From the NCBI GenBank assembly GCA_965112155.1, contig OZ218098.1: a stretch of DNA of 64,000 nt. The stretch is one strand, 5' to 3'. A model generated the notes under the pieces. That model had not been told where the DNA came from. It did not search any database and saw only the letters and a list, made by a program, of their open reading frames with translations. Origin of the DNA: Podarcis liolepis. Taxonomy: Eukaryota. The position numbers and the translations under genes are program-made. How positions within the stretch are numbered: the stretch's first letter is position 1; each line of letters opens with the position of its first letter. Positions 38,236 through 51,404 of this stretch are shown here, in pieces.

Positions 38236-38920
38236 ATTGGATTGGGGGAGATTAGAATTATCCAGTGTTTAAGCATAGGGATAATGGGAAGTAATTGCAT
38301 GGAATAAAGAATTCCTGCCTATATTGATGTGTGTGTGTTTCTTTCAAATGAAGGCATTGTTAGGGGGAAAGGAAACATCAGAATAAATATGAAACATAAG
38401 AATAGTTGCTAATACCAAATAGCTGAATTTTACTGCTTATAGTAGAGGGTTGTATTTTAACTTGCTTTACATGATCTTATGGAGTGAATTCTAACGGCGT
38501 TGTGTCTTTGGTTTATAGCTTTGGTGTACCTCATATCCTAATATAATCCTAGCCACTCAAGTGAAATATTGGGTATGCAGAACATACAAACAAAAAACCA
38601 CTGATTTCATATATGACATGTATAGGTTGGTTGATGTGAAATATTCTTTGTGCACTACACACCAGAAGGGTATGATTCTGCAATTACTGCAAACGCTGAA
38701 TGGAGGGTGGCAGAAGGAAACCTGGCTCCTGCCCAGTTGACTTAGAGAGACCAGGGTGCTTTGAGCTGAAATAACCACTTGGGACTTTTGCCCATCTAAG
38801 GGGAGCTCTTCCTTTGTCTAACTGCAGCTTTTGAATTGGCAGCTGGTGGTTTACTTGATTATCAGTGATCGTAGGCTGCTGACATGGCAATAAGATAACT
38901 ACAAAATGTTTGTTTCTTGA

Positions 38921-39115
<195 letters not shown>

Positions 39116-39752
39116 TGACTGGCACCTGAGGGTTCTGTGGATCAACAACGCCGCAACTTAGAAACACAGTAACACTGCACTAACTTTATTACCTCTGGTT
39201 CTGTGTTGCTCATAAAGAGATAAAGGTGGGACAACAATCACATCAAGTATGTTGCTTCACCTTGGTTATTTAATAGTTAATTGTTTAGAAGTTGCACTGT
39301 TACTGATACAAACTAGAATTTATTTATTACACACACGGCCTGCTCTTTTCTTGAATTAGCTCAAGGCAACATGTACAGCTCTCCTCTATTATCCTACCAA
39401 ATAGGCTGGATAATAGAGAGTGGGGTGGAGGGGGTTAGGCCTTAGATCACCCAGTGGGCTTCATGTCTATGTGGGAATCTGAACTCTGGCACTCCCCAGT
39501 CTTAGTCCAATTCCGTAACGCAGGGGTAGCAAAAATAGTGCCCTTCAGATGTTGTACCACAACTTCCAGCAGCCTCAGCCAGCCCAGTCAGGGATTCTTC
39601 TGCTAAACACTGTATCACCCCGGCCCATTATTTCCTCAGATTGTGAAATAGGCATCCTACAAATGACAGTACAATGCCGCATCCATAAGCTTCACTATGA
39701 GAGGCGTAGTTAATTTCTGTATGTAACATCTCTCTTCCTTCCTGTGTCTCAG

Positions 39753-39905
39753 GTGATCACTAAACTTGCAGGTATGGAGGAGGAAGAGCTTATGTTTTCA
39801 TCCAAGGAAGATCAGCAGCAGCTCCTCCAAAAGGTTTTGCAAGCATCAGATATGGATGCTGAGGAAGAGGTGGTTGCAGGAGAGTACGGCTCAAAGTCAT
39901 CTCAG
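39753..39905 (+). CDS. ERCC3: ERCC3 exon 14 (ends at a GC donor)
   Basis: 153 nt; [51 protein letters not shown], then CAG|GCAAGT; in frame with exon 15. Confidence 0.92.
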
Positions 39906-40407
39906 GCAAGTGGATATCATGGTAGCCTGTCAAGTTTGATGTGGAGCAAAGAGGAATTTAATGTTCAATGCCGCTCACCACACCCACCGCCTCTACCTGC
40001 TTCAGTGGCTTCCATGTTGAATGAGAGGAAAGGAAGTAGAACGTTATTTCCTCCATTCCTGTCCATCCTGCAAGAAAGAATAAAAGGAGGGAGTTTCTTT
40101 CATGATACAGGTGGTGAATGATTATGAGGGGACACAACCTAGCTCTGAAAATAAAACGTGTGTGTGTGTGTGTAACCATCACAAATCTTGTTCACACATC
40201 ATATGAATGTAGGGGTTTCATATGTAGAACAGACATTGCTGCCCTGACATCTCACTTTCTGCTGGTCCTAGCCTCTCCACTTCCACATGGGAGCAGCTGT
40301 TCAAGTGTAGGCACACTCCGCTCAGTTGAGACGCCTGTGTGAAAAAGGGTTGCAGGCTCTGCCTTAGACGGTAGATTTTACTAAATTCTTATCCTCTCTC
40401 TTTCTAG

Positions 40408-40542
40408 GTTTCCCGGCACTATGGCACAATGAGCTCTATGTCTGGAGCAGATGATACAGTTTACATGGAATACCAAGCCTCACGAAGCAGGGCCTCCTCA
40501 AATAAACACGTCCATCCCCTTTTCAAACGCTTTAGGAAATAG
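40408..40542 (+). CDS. ERCC3: ERCC3 exon 15 (terminal)
   Basis: [44 protein letters not shown]; summed exon lengths give 2343 nt, 780 aa. Confidence 0.97.
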   Translation, partial: VSRHYGTMSSMSGADDTVYMEYQASRSRASSNKHVHPLFKRFRK

Positions 40543-40788
40543 TACAAGGAGAGTGCATTATGCATCTCTGTCTTCCTGTAAGAAGAGGAGATAGATGAGT
40601 GAAGCAAACTCGTATTTCACAAATGGACTTTACCTTTATTATTTATGTGTGGTATTTCATAGGTAATGCTTTCAGTTTTTATTTAACAGTTTAAAGATGA
40701 CTTCAGAATAATTCTCAGCTGAGGAAACTATTTTTTGTATATGTTTGTAACAAGTACATGGTAAAGGTTCGGATATCTGAAAGCACTG

Positions 40789-40794
40789 AATAAA
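40789..40794 (+). terminator. ERCC3: ERCC3 polyadenylation signal
   Basis: AATAAA ~250 nt after the stop, with upstream TGTA motifs and a downstream pyrimidine-rich tract. Confidence 0.65.
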
Positions 40795-41439
40795 AATATT
40801 CTGTACAAAAACCACCCGTAAATCATCTCATTGTCTCTTTTTCCTCTGACTCCTCTTGGTGCCTCAAATTGGATGCCTTCAGTGAAGACTCAGCCATGCT
40901 AAGAACAGTGGTCCTATTGATTTCAGACCCTTATGTAATGCTTCTGATCTAGTTTTTCCCCTAGCCATAGGCTTCCAAGAAAAAGTGATGAGAGGAGTTG
41001 CACATACCTAAGACTGGGAAGTGTTGAGCCATATTACATATGCAGTTTTGGTTCTTAACCATGATGCTTATATTTCCTTTTCAAGCTCAACAGCCAACAA
41101 TTTTCAGTTCTGTGTTATGCCAATGATATGGTCCTTTTATGCCAGAGAAGCATTTGAGATGGGTGTTTTAGTCAGGAGATGTAGTAATAAAAACTGACAG
41201 GTTACACGAAAATTGAGATGGTCTTTGAGTATAATCCTCCTTGATTTAAATATACCATGGACAATCATCTGTTGAAGCAATTTTTCCCCTGCTATGTTTT
41301 GTACAAATAAAGGCTGGTGTTACCAGATCTAATAAACCAGGGATATAGGCACTGTATAGATATACCATACTGCATTGCATCTTTTTGAAATGGGGGTACT
41401 TCCCAAAAACCTTGTGGATCAGTTCAAACTTAACAGATA

Positions 41440-41665
41440 CAGTGGTAACTCAGGTTACAGACGCTTCAGGTTACAGACTCCGCTAACCCAGAAATAGTAC
41501 CTCAGGTTAAGAACTTTGTTTCAGGATGAGAACAGAAATTGTGCGGCTCTGCCGCACTGGCAGCAGGAGACCCCATTAGCTAAAGTGGTGCTTCAGGTTA
41601 AGAACAATTTCAGGTTAAGAACTGACCTCTAGAACGAATTAAGTTCTTAACCCGAGGTACCACTG
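41440..41665. mobile_element. Tc1/mariner-superfamily MITE
   Basis: TA-CAGTGGTAACTCAGGTTA...TAACCCGAGGTACCACTG-TA; same family as 4356-4597. Confidence 0.82.
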
Positions 41666-41752
41666 TATAGGGTTTTTACAAAACCTCAAGCTCAGTTTCT
41701 ACAGTGGCCCTAGTCCTAAGAACATGGCTGTTATAACAATTAAACTGGAAAT

Positions 41753-43400
41753 ATAGAATCATAGAGTTGGAAGAGACCACAAGGGCCATCGAGTCCAACC
41801 CCCTGCCAAGCAGGAAACACCATCAGAGCACTCCTGACATATGGTTGTCAAGCCTCTGCTTAAAGACCTCCAAAAAGGAGACTCCACCACACTTCTTGGC
41901 AGCAAATTCCACTGTCAAACAGCTCTTACTGTCAGGAAGTTCTTCCTAATGTTTAGGTGGAATCTTCTTTCTTGTAGTTTGGATCCATTGCTCCGTGTCC
42001 GCTTCTCTGGAGCAGCAGAAAACAACATTTCTCCCTCCTCTATGTGACATCCTTTTATATATTTGAACATGGCTATCATATCACCCCTTAACCTCCTCTT
42101 CTCCAGGCTAAACATGCCCAGCTCCCTTAGCCGTTCCTCATAAGGCATCGTTTCCAGGCCTTTGACCATTTTGGTTGCCCTCCTCTGGACACATTCCAGT
42201 TTGTCAGTGTCCTTGAACTGTGGTGCCCAGAACTGGACACAGTACTCCAGGTGAGGTCTGACCAGAGCAGAATACAGTGGCACTATTACTTCCCTTGATC
42301 TAGATGCTATACTCCTATTGATGCAGCCCAGAATTGCATTGGCTTTTTTAGCTGCCGCGTCACACTGTTGGCTCATGTCAAGTTTGTGGTCAACCAAGAC
42401 TCCTAGATTCTTTTCACATGTACTGCTCTCAAGCCAGGTGTCCCCCATATTGTATTTGTGCCTCTCATTTTTTTTGCCCAAGTGCAATACTTTACATTTC
42501 TCCCTGTTAAAATTCATCTTGTTTGTTTTTGCCCAGTTCTCTAATCTGTCAAGGTCGTTTTGAAGTGTGATCCTGTCCTCTGGGGTATTAGCCACCCCTC
42601 CCACTTTGGTGTCATCTGCAAATTTGATCAGGATGCCCTTGAGTCCATCATCCAAGTCGTTGATAAAGATGTTGAATAAGACCGGGCCCAAGACAGAACC
42701 CTGTGGCACCCCACTAGTCACTCTTCTCCAGGATGAAGAGGAACCATTGATGAGCACCCTTTGGGTTCGGTCAGTCAGCCAGTTACAAATCCACTGAGTG
42801 GTAGCATAGTCAAGACCGCATTTTACCAGCTTCTTTACAAGAATATCATGGGGCACCTTGTCGAATGCCTTGCTGAAATCAAGATAGGCTACATCCACTG
42901 CGTTCCCTTCATCTACCAGGCTTGTAATTCTGTAAAAAAACGAGATCAGGTTAGTCTGACATGACTTATTTTTCAGAAATCCATGCTGACTATTGGTGAT
43001 CACAACATTCCTTTCTAGGTGCTCACAGACTGTTTGCTTAATGATCTGCTCCAGAGTCTTCCCTGGTATTGATGTCAGACTGACTGGGCGGTAATTATTT
43101 GGGTCCTCTCTTTTCCCCTTTTTGAAAATAGGGACAACATTTGCCCTCCTCCAGTCTGCCGGGACTTCGCCTGTTCTCCAGGAATTCTCAAAGATGACTG
43201 CCAGTGGTTCTGAGATCACATCTGCCAGTTCTTTTAATACTCTTGGATGCAGTTCATCTGGCCCTGGAGACTTGAATACATCTAAACTAGCCAAGAATTC
43301 TTGTACTATCTCCTTAGTTATTCTGGGCTGTGTTTCCTTTGCTGAATCATTTGCTCCAAATTCTTCAGGTTGGGCATTGCAAATTCTTCAGGTCGGGCAT
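41753..43400 (-). mobile_element. 5'-truncated young CR1 LINE with open reverse-transcriptase ORF (41915-43294)
   Basis: 459-aa ORF with [35 protein letters not shown] and FADD motifs; GATTCTAT-type 3' tail at 41753. Confidence 0.95.
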
Positions 43401-44832
43401 ATACTTAGGTGTCTACTAAAATTGACATATCTGAGGACCAGGTTTAGGTTAAGAAGTTCTGATGCATCAGGTCAAAGGCCCATTGAGTCCAGATTCCTGT
43501 TCTCACACTGGACAACCAGATGTCTATGATAATTCTGCATGCAGGAACTGGGTACAGCAGTAGTCTATCCACTTGTGATTCCCCATACTGCCTCCAAATA
43601 ATTCCTGGGCATAATGGCTATGTTCTATCTTAGCATGCAATGAGTACTTCCCTAATCTGTATACAAAATAAATGACACCTCATGAAAACAGTTGTCACAG
43701 ATTCGTAAGTGTTTAGGCCACATGTAGTTTGACCAAAGAGTTCTTACCAGGCCAAGGTTTACTGAAACAAGGCAGTCCTGAAGGTTGCAGTGAGTGTTTG
43801 ATATTGGAGAGCGAGAAGAAATTGTGTTTCCATGTTTGTGTGTTGTTTTTAAGTGACCAATATTGCAGCGAAGGAAAGAAAATGGAAGATTTTGCATGTT
43901 TCTTCTTGCCTGTTGCATTGTACAAAATAAGCAGCACTTTGGGGTATGTATTTGGCAAAAATAGTTGGATGGCAGACAAGTTGCAAACTGATCTTTTGGG
44001 TGAAGACGCCTAAAAATACAGAAAGCAAACGAGGTGGTGTTTGCCCATATGAAAAATTCCTGAAACCACATTAGGGTGATACTTTTATTTAGCCAACCAA
44101 ACCCTTCTTAAATGGCACACAAGCTTTCAATTTTTCCAGAACTCATTATGTTAATTGGTTTTTAAAAAGCAAAGGATGGTGGTGAAAAATTTTGGCTGAT
44201 GTTAAAGCCATGGATCAAGTCTGCGTTTCAGTCAATCTTAAGATGGAACATCGGAGGAGGAGGCAGCAGACATTCAAATGGGACTGTAATAATACAGTGA
44301 TCTAGTTTGCATGTTGCATTAGGCCCTAGTTTAAAGCATACTATGGCTTCATCTGAACAAGTGTTGAACCAGTGCTCATCTCCTGTCGCTGCCATGCCAC
44401 AGACAACACAAGCCAGAGCTTGACATGTCATATTGTCTAAATCCAGGCTCATCATTTGATTCTGTCCAAACAAACTGAGCAGTAATCAAGGTTCAAGTCA
44501 AGCCCAGGTTTGGATGACCTAACAAGCCAAATTCTGGCTCGTTTAATCTCTGGCATAGCAGAAGTGCTACAGTATTTTTTTGAGCAGCATTCACTAGCAC
44601 AATGCTTGTTCACATTAAACCATAGTTTGTTTTAAATCAGAGTTTAATGTGATGCAAACACTGGGCTGGTGAGTTACAAAATAGCTTTGCTCACAGTGGA
44701 TGCAGTTCAGTTTCGATCTCAAATAGTGAATAACAAGCATGATGGTGGAAGCGTCCATTTTAATGTGGTGGTTTATATTTGAAATGCTATGATTACAGTA
44801 CACTAAAGAAATGCTGATTGCTTTTGGTCAAT

Positions 44833-45111
44833 ATAAAGGACCCTTGACCATTAGGTCCAGTCATGGCCGACTCTGGGGTTGTGGCGCTCATCTTGCTTTA
44901 TTGGCCGAGGGAGCTGGCGTACAGCTTCTGGGTCATGTGGCCAGCATGACTAAGCCGCTTCTGGCGAACCAGAGCAGCGCCCGGAAACGTCGTTTACCTT
45001 CCCGCCAGAGCGGTACCTATTTATCTACTTGCACTTGGGCGTGCTTTCGAACTGCTAGGTAGGCAGGAGCAGGGACTGAGCAACGGGAGGTCACTCCGTC
45101 ACGGGGATTCA
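44833..45111 (-). mobile_element. Sauria SINE, 5'-truncated at the B box
   Basis: Alignable to the 310-590 part of the full-length copy. Confidence 0.88.
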
Positions 45112-45147
45112 AATATATATGAATTGATCAATATAATTATATCTTAA

Positions 45148-45450
45148 TGGCTATCACATGGAAGAGAGAACAGGCTTGTTTTCTCCTGCTCTGGAGGGTT
45201 GGACTCGAACCAATGGCTTCGTGTTACAAGAAAGGAGATTCCGACTAAACATCAGGGAGAACTTTCTGACAGGAGGAGCTGTTCGACAGTGGAAGGGACT
45301 CCCTCAGGAGATTGTGGACTCTCCTTCCTTGGAGGTTTCTAAGCAGAAGTTGGATGACCATCTGTCTTGGGTGCTTTAGTTGAGATTCCTGCATTGCAGG
45401 GGGTTGGACTAGATGACCCTTGGGATCCCTTCCAACCCTAAAATTCTAAG
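45148..45450 (+). mobile_element. CR1 LINE 3' fragment
   Basis: ORF ...LQERRFRLNIRENFLTGGAVRQWKGLPQEIVDSPSLEVSKQKLDDHLS followed by CR1 tail. Confidence 0.88.
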
Positions 45451-48400
45451 AACAAACCCATTGAAGGAATTATGGTACTTGTGCCCCAGGATTTGCCCAT
45501 CCTTCATTTCACACATCCATGCCACCTCTGTTAATTGGTTTGATTACTAGAAGATTCTGGCAATTTTCCTAGCATACCTTGTGATTTCCCCTTTTCCCTT
45601 TAATGCAGCCCAACTGCTAGATTCATTATCATTCATTATCACTTAATTGGAACAGAGCAGGCTGGGAGCACATTAAGCTGCTGGGACCTCTCCCCTCCCC
45701 CTTGCTGGTGCCTTCAGTGCAATAATAATTCATAATTATCGCCCCCGCCCCCTGCTGCAGCTGTTGTTAAAGGTGGTGCTATCACAACCTAGCCACAATT
45801 ATTCTATTAAGAATTGTATTTTTAATTTTTGCTTCTTTATAAGAATTTATTTATTTATTTATTTATTTATTTATTAGTGTGCACATAACCAAAAAAGGAA
45901 AAGCAATAGAACCAACATAAAATATTACATACAACAGCAGCCAGTTTCATTAGGCTTCAAAAACTTAGCAAACTGAAACATAATCTTTAAATTAAATAAT
46001 CTACATCATTTTAAAATATGGTTTAGCAGCACTAATTTACCAAATAAAAATATTCTTTATTTGTTGAAAGCCTACCTGTGGTGAGAGACTGTTCAACACA
46101 GCCATGAAGCTCACTTGGTAGCCTAAGGCTAGTCATTTCCATCTCAGTCTAATATGGTAAGACCCATGCACATTGCTTGGAGCTCCTTGGAGGAAAGGTA
46201 ATAGATGAATGAAAGAATGTGGCTGCAACAAATGATTCCTGTAAGCAGGTGCTCACCTAGGCTGGTGAATTAGTGACAACAACATGCTACCACCGAGATG
46301 CTTTTAACATTCTGCACATCTCAGGCTAATTCCCTGCTTTCTCATTAATAGTTATCACAATTGCTATGTCTGCTAGATGTTGTTATCTGGAGCCTAAAGT
46401 AGGGGACTTGTAAGTTATCTGAGAATAAGAAGGTTTCATCTGTTCCCCTTAGCTGTTGGGTGCTTGTTGTTTGTACATGGTTCCTCAGCATCAAAGTGCC
46501 TCATCACCAGTCTCTACTTGTGAAGACTTGGGCAAAGAGCCATGTTGCATATCTTGATATATCAGAACTGTGTTCCTTTGTGTGAGCTTATATATAACCA
46601 GAATTGTGTCTTGATTGCAATCTTATAGTCTGCTGCTTTGAATAAAGGGAGGGGCAATCATCTATTGCTTTCCAGTGGTAGTGTTTTAACTTATGCAATC
46701 TTTTTTGGAGACATAATATTACACTATCATGGGACTGATACCCAAGCAAGCATAAAATCCCAACTACCTTCAACTTTTCCACTTCCACACACCCAACTCT
46801 TGCATTAACAGAGTTCCACCAATTCCACCAGCCCAAATATATTGCTATGTGGTGTAACTTTTTCCAGTGATGTGGTTAGTGCTCTGCAAGTACAAGGGAA
46901 TTTGGCGTGATTTCTGTTCTGTCTAGCATGTACAAAGATAGGATCATGCAGCAAGTCTGAGTCCAGTCTGCTCTATGGGCTGGTGAAACACTGTTGACAA
47001 TTATATATGCAACCTTTTGAGGGTTCAACTAGCAATATATGATCCTCCTGTAACAGTATTGTCAGCTGACGAAAATACGTTGATGAATGATTGTAGAAAT
47101 AATGGGTGGTATATGTTCTATAGCAGGTTTATTGTCAGCAGTTAGATGTTTCAAGATGGGGGTGTGTGTATTTATAAACCACCACAAGTCTCCTGCCTGT
47201 ACAGTCATTCCCAAAGAAGAATCAGAGCGCATTTTCAACTGTGACTAGGACCTAATTAAAGAACAACAATAAGCATGCCATACTAGCTAAAAAATCCATG
47301 GGAAGTAAAAGGATTTATTATTAAGGATAATTCCTGGAAGAAAGGTATCTTCTTTCTCTTCAAACACACAACAGTATCTCGTTTTAGGTCTCACTCCTTC
47401 AGTCACTACTCAAGCAGAACTCTTTGAAATCAATAGAAGTTGAGACTGAGTAATGATTGCTGGATGGCTCTGGCGATTGTTTTCTCACTCTTTGAACTTG
47501 CCACTTACCAAAATATTTTTTAAAGAAAAGTTTGGCATCTGTTATTACAAGCTTTTAATTTGTGAAGACTGATTATGTTCCAAGCAGTCTCTCACTATTG
47601 GCCAAAGTAAAAGAGGGGGAAAGTTTGCTTTGTTTTACTTGAAAATGTTAGCCTGACTCATAGTGACAGTCATTCTTCATGTTTGTCTTTGTGCCTTTTT
47701 CTGACTGCTGTGTAACTTTCAGTTTAATTAGATCGGCTGTATACAGATTTATCAACCACCACCTAGAGAGAAGATGTCAAATGAACTCAGCAGTCAAGTC
47801 AAAATGACATCTGGTCCTTTGACTTCTCTTTTAATTAAAGGAGAAAAGTGCACAATTTTAATATGAGATCATGGGAACTACTTGGTGTAGGCATTTAAAT
47901 TGTTAAAAGTAGGACTGTGTGCCTGAAATTTATATTGTGTGTAATAAAGTGCAGTGTATAGCATAGAGTATGGTGTAACTTTCAATGTATTGTGCTGTGT
48001 TAAAAGAAAAGAATTATAAGTTGCAACCTCAGTGAGGCTATTTGAAGCTCAGTGCAAGAGGTGGGAAGACTTTTACAAAGTCATGTCTGCAAAAGTGGCC
48101 AAATGTCCTAAGCTGATATGTACATACAGTCAAAAGGCTTGAGATAAACAAGTTTCTTCATCCCTTGCCTTTCCCAACACCATGTTCCAACAGCTGTTTC
48201 TCCTTTCTCAATAGTCTTAAAAATTCCACCTAGTGTCACTATTTTTCTCTTCCTCCTTAGCTAAACCATCATGTTCTGTCTCCCAGGCAATAGATGTTGG
48301 CAGTTTCCTACCGCCAGTACCAGGAAATGTGCTGTTGATCTAAACTTTTTCTCATCATCTAAGTTAATTTTAGTTATAGTGTGAGAATGAGAAAAGGAAA

Positions 48401-48464
48401 TGTGAGCTGGATGAACAAAATATTTGGTGAGATATAAGCATACATATGCATTAAGTGAAGGCTT

Positions 48465-49220
48465 TATTATTATTATTATTATTATTATTTAAAAGGACAT
48501 AGAATGTTAATCAGCCAAAGGCATAGTTACAGAGAAATGTTTTCACACAGTGCCTTAAAATATGTAATGAAGGCACCAGGCGTGCTTCCCTTAGGAGAGC
48601 ATTCCAGAAATGGGGAGCCACTGCAGAAAAGGCCTGTTCTTGTGTTGCCACCTTCTGGACCTCTCATGGAGGAGGCACACGAAGAAGGGCCTCCAATGAT
48701 GATTGCAGGGCCTAGGTTGGTTCATATGGGGAGAGGTGGTCCTTGAGGTATTGTAGTCCTGAGCCATTTAAGGCTTTATAGGTCAAAACCCACTTCCAGA
48801 ATTGGGCCTGGAAACTAATTGGCAGCTAGTGCAGTCAAGCCAGTTATATGCTCAAACCATCTTGCCCTGATGAGCAACCTGGCTGCTGAATTCTGCACCG
48901 CCTGAAGTTTACAAACTATCTTCAGCCCTGTGCATAGCAGTAATCTTATCTAGAGGTTATCAGAGCATAGATGGCAGAAGTTAGGCTACTGCTGTCTAGA
49001 TAGGGGCACTGCTGGGCAACCAGCTGAAGCTGAAGGCAGGTACTCTGCACCACCAAGGCCACCCACAAGCAACAGCAATGGATCCAGAAGCACTTGCACC
49101 TTCAGAGGAAGTGTAACCCCATCAAGTGCAAGTAACTTCCTCTCCATCTGGTCTAGGATGGATCTAGGCCCACTAACAATGCCTCAGTCTTATCTGGATT
49201 GAGCTTCAGTTTGTTGACTC
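48465..49220 (-). mobile_element. Decayed L2 LINE fragment with (ATT)n tail
   Basis: Motifs such as GCCATTTAAGGCTTTATAGGTCA and TGCTGAATTCTGCAC typical of L2 3' ORF2 on the reverse strand; boundaries approximate. Confidence 0.55.
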
Positions 49221-50684
49221 TGTTCTCAGTAAAATTTACTTTAATACCACCCATTGGGCTAGATTCAACTAAACAGCACAAGGCGTTCCAGGGCTTTCTG
49301 CCTGCGTGTTCCCACTCCCTCAGTTAGGTCTGCGGAGTTGGGAGAACCCTCAGAACAGCATGTGAGGGAAAGAGGGGGACATTGTTCCACCTGGCAAGCA
49401 GAAATGCATGCACTGATAGGAAAACTCATAACAGGAAAATGTTGAATTTCTTCCATTCAGTGGGTTTTCTCTGAGCATGACTTAGATACCACTCCTGGTC
49501 TGCAACATAAGTGGAAAACCAAACACTGACAAGCAAATAAAATTAATTTAAAATTGGCTTTCTATTGCTTTATGTCCTACATTAGCACATATATTGCACT
49601 CTGTTGACTAAAAATAACATCAGTATCCCTTGTGGAATGTGTTAGCAGGACTGTTTCTAGTTATGGAGAAAATATTGATGCTGGCATATTGATAATCCTA
49701 TAGAAAATTATGTTTTATTGTTAGTTAAAATTTACATAGCAGCAATGCAGAGCGGGAGTAGAGGAAAAGCCAAGACAGAAACTCAGCCAAGAACAGCGCT
49801 ACGTTTGGGCAAGTCAGAAGAAAACTTACGCAGTGAGAAGTGAGGGGAAGAATCTGTTCGGGTTCTCTCAGAGCTGCGAGCTCACTGATGTTGATCGGTT
49901 TTCATTGGTTTTAACTTTTGAAAAGTTCAAAGAGAGATTACAATATAGTTTGAAACTTAGATGATTCTCTGTGTAAACAAAACCAGAATGGTAGGCATGG
50001 ATACTGTTGCACGAGAGTGTTATGCAATGTCCGGCAGGTCTGACGTAAAGCAAATCTGTTGAACTGGAAAATGTTAGACAGCTACAAGATACTATTATAG
50101 TACTCCAGCAATATGTAAGAAGCAAAAGGCATGCATGCACACACTTATCAGGATCAGTGGAGGACATCATGGCAAAGATGTGTCATTTATGCAGTTTTGA
50201 ATACATTTTCAGCATTCTGTGTACAGAATAACTCAGGGTTCCCCCTTTGGTTATTCTGCTGCACACTGAGTGCCCTTCTTTGTGCAGTTTAGGAATCTGG
50301 CTGAACATTAGCTGACACATGGAAACCAAGCCGACCAAGAGAAAGAGGCGCCTCACAGCCAAATCCTCCCCTCCTTTTTTTTTGCCAAAACAGTGGGGAG
50401 GAGAGTAGAAAAACCTGCATGTTGACCAGTTTCAGATCAGACACTCATGTGGGGCATTTCATCTGACCTAAATGAAACAGAATACATGCCGCCTCCTTCC
50501 CCTCATGGCAGGCCACTCCGCCTTTTCCCAGCCTCAGGGGAGGGAGCCTTTAATAATGGTCTGTGTAAACTGATGCTCAGGCAGCGAAGAGTTTGGGGAA
50601 GAAGCACTGCTGGACGAGAAATCCCACAGAGGAGCCGCGACTCAATGAAAGGCGGCAGCCCCTGAAGGGCAGCAGACAGAGAAA

Positions 50685-51044
50685 ATGTCTCTCCTCGCCA
50701 AGGTCTTGAGAAGGGACTGCAGGCAGGTGCTGGAGCCTCGCAGGAGCTGCGTTGGCGGCGTGGCTTTTGTCAGCAGGCTTCACCAGCTGCCCAAACTTTC
50801 AGGCAGCCCGTCCCTGGAGGGGCAGAAGGAGGCAGCTGCGAGAGCGGAGGACAAAGACGACGACGACGACGAGGAGATGGGGGCAGCTTCGGACCGTGGA
50901 GCCCGGGGGCTCCTCCTCGACGCCTGCCAGCACCCCAGCCACCAGAGAGTGAGGAGCCTGAGGGAAATGCCCGGACCTAAGACCTTCTCCAATCTGGTCG
51001 AGTTTTTCTGGAAGGATGGCTTTAGCCGCATTCACGAGATCCAG
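50685..51044 (+). CDS. CYP27C1: CYP27C1 exon 1 (mitochondrial P450; all-trans-retinol 3,4-desaturase)
   Basis: 360 nt; Arg/Leu/Ser-rich N-terminus, then VRSLREMPGPKTFSNLVEFFWKDGFSRIHEIQ|gt; synteny with ERCC3. Confidence 0.9.
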
Positions 51045-51364
51045 GTACCATTGAGCGGAAGGGGATCCGTGGCAGGAGACGGTCGACGAAATTGGGCAAC
51101 AAAAGAGCGAGTAAATCACGGTGGCGGGACAGGAAGATTTCACACGCATTTCTCTCCCCTCGCAGGGCTCCCTTGTCGTCTGATTGTGAAGCAAGGAGGG
51201 CAGCTGTGTGTGTGCCCCCCCCCCATTCAGAAAATGAAATCAGTTTTGTGTTATTTCCCCAAGACGTAGCCTTTGCTTTGTTTTCCAGGAGTATATGATG
51301 AACCCTTTTGTAAAATATCGGGTTGCAGATACAACCTAGAGAGTTTGTAGGGGTGTGTGTGTCG

Positions 51365-51367
<3 letters not shown>

Positions 51368-51400
<33 letters not shown>
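51368..51400. repeat. (AT)n microsatellite
   Basis: Direct reading. Confidence 0.95.

Positions 51401-51404
<4 letters not shown>

Noticed and set aside
40501-40506. AATAAA inside the ERCC3 terminal coding exon
   Set aside because: Arises from Asn-Lys codons; lacks a clear downstream GU-rich element; a better signal exists at 40789.
45600-47850. TAAT/ATTA-rich, TE-poor patches upstream of CYP27C1 as possible enhancers
   Set aside because: Motif density is not distinguishable by eye from AT-rich background; needs a cross-species alignment.
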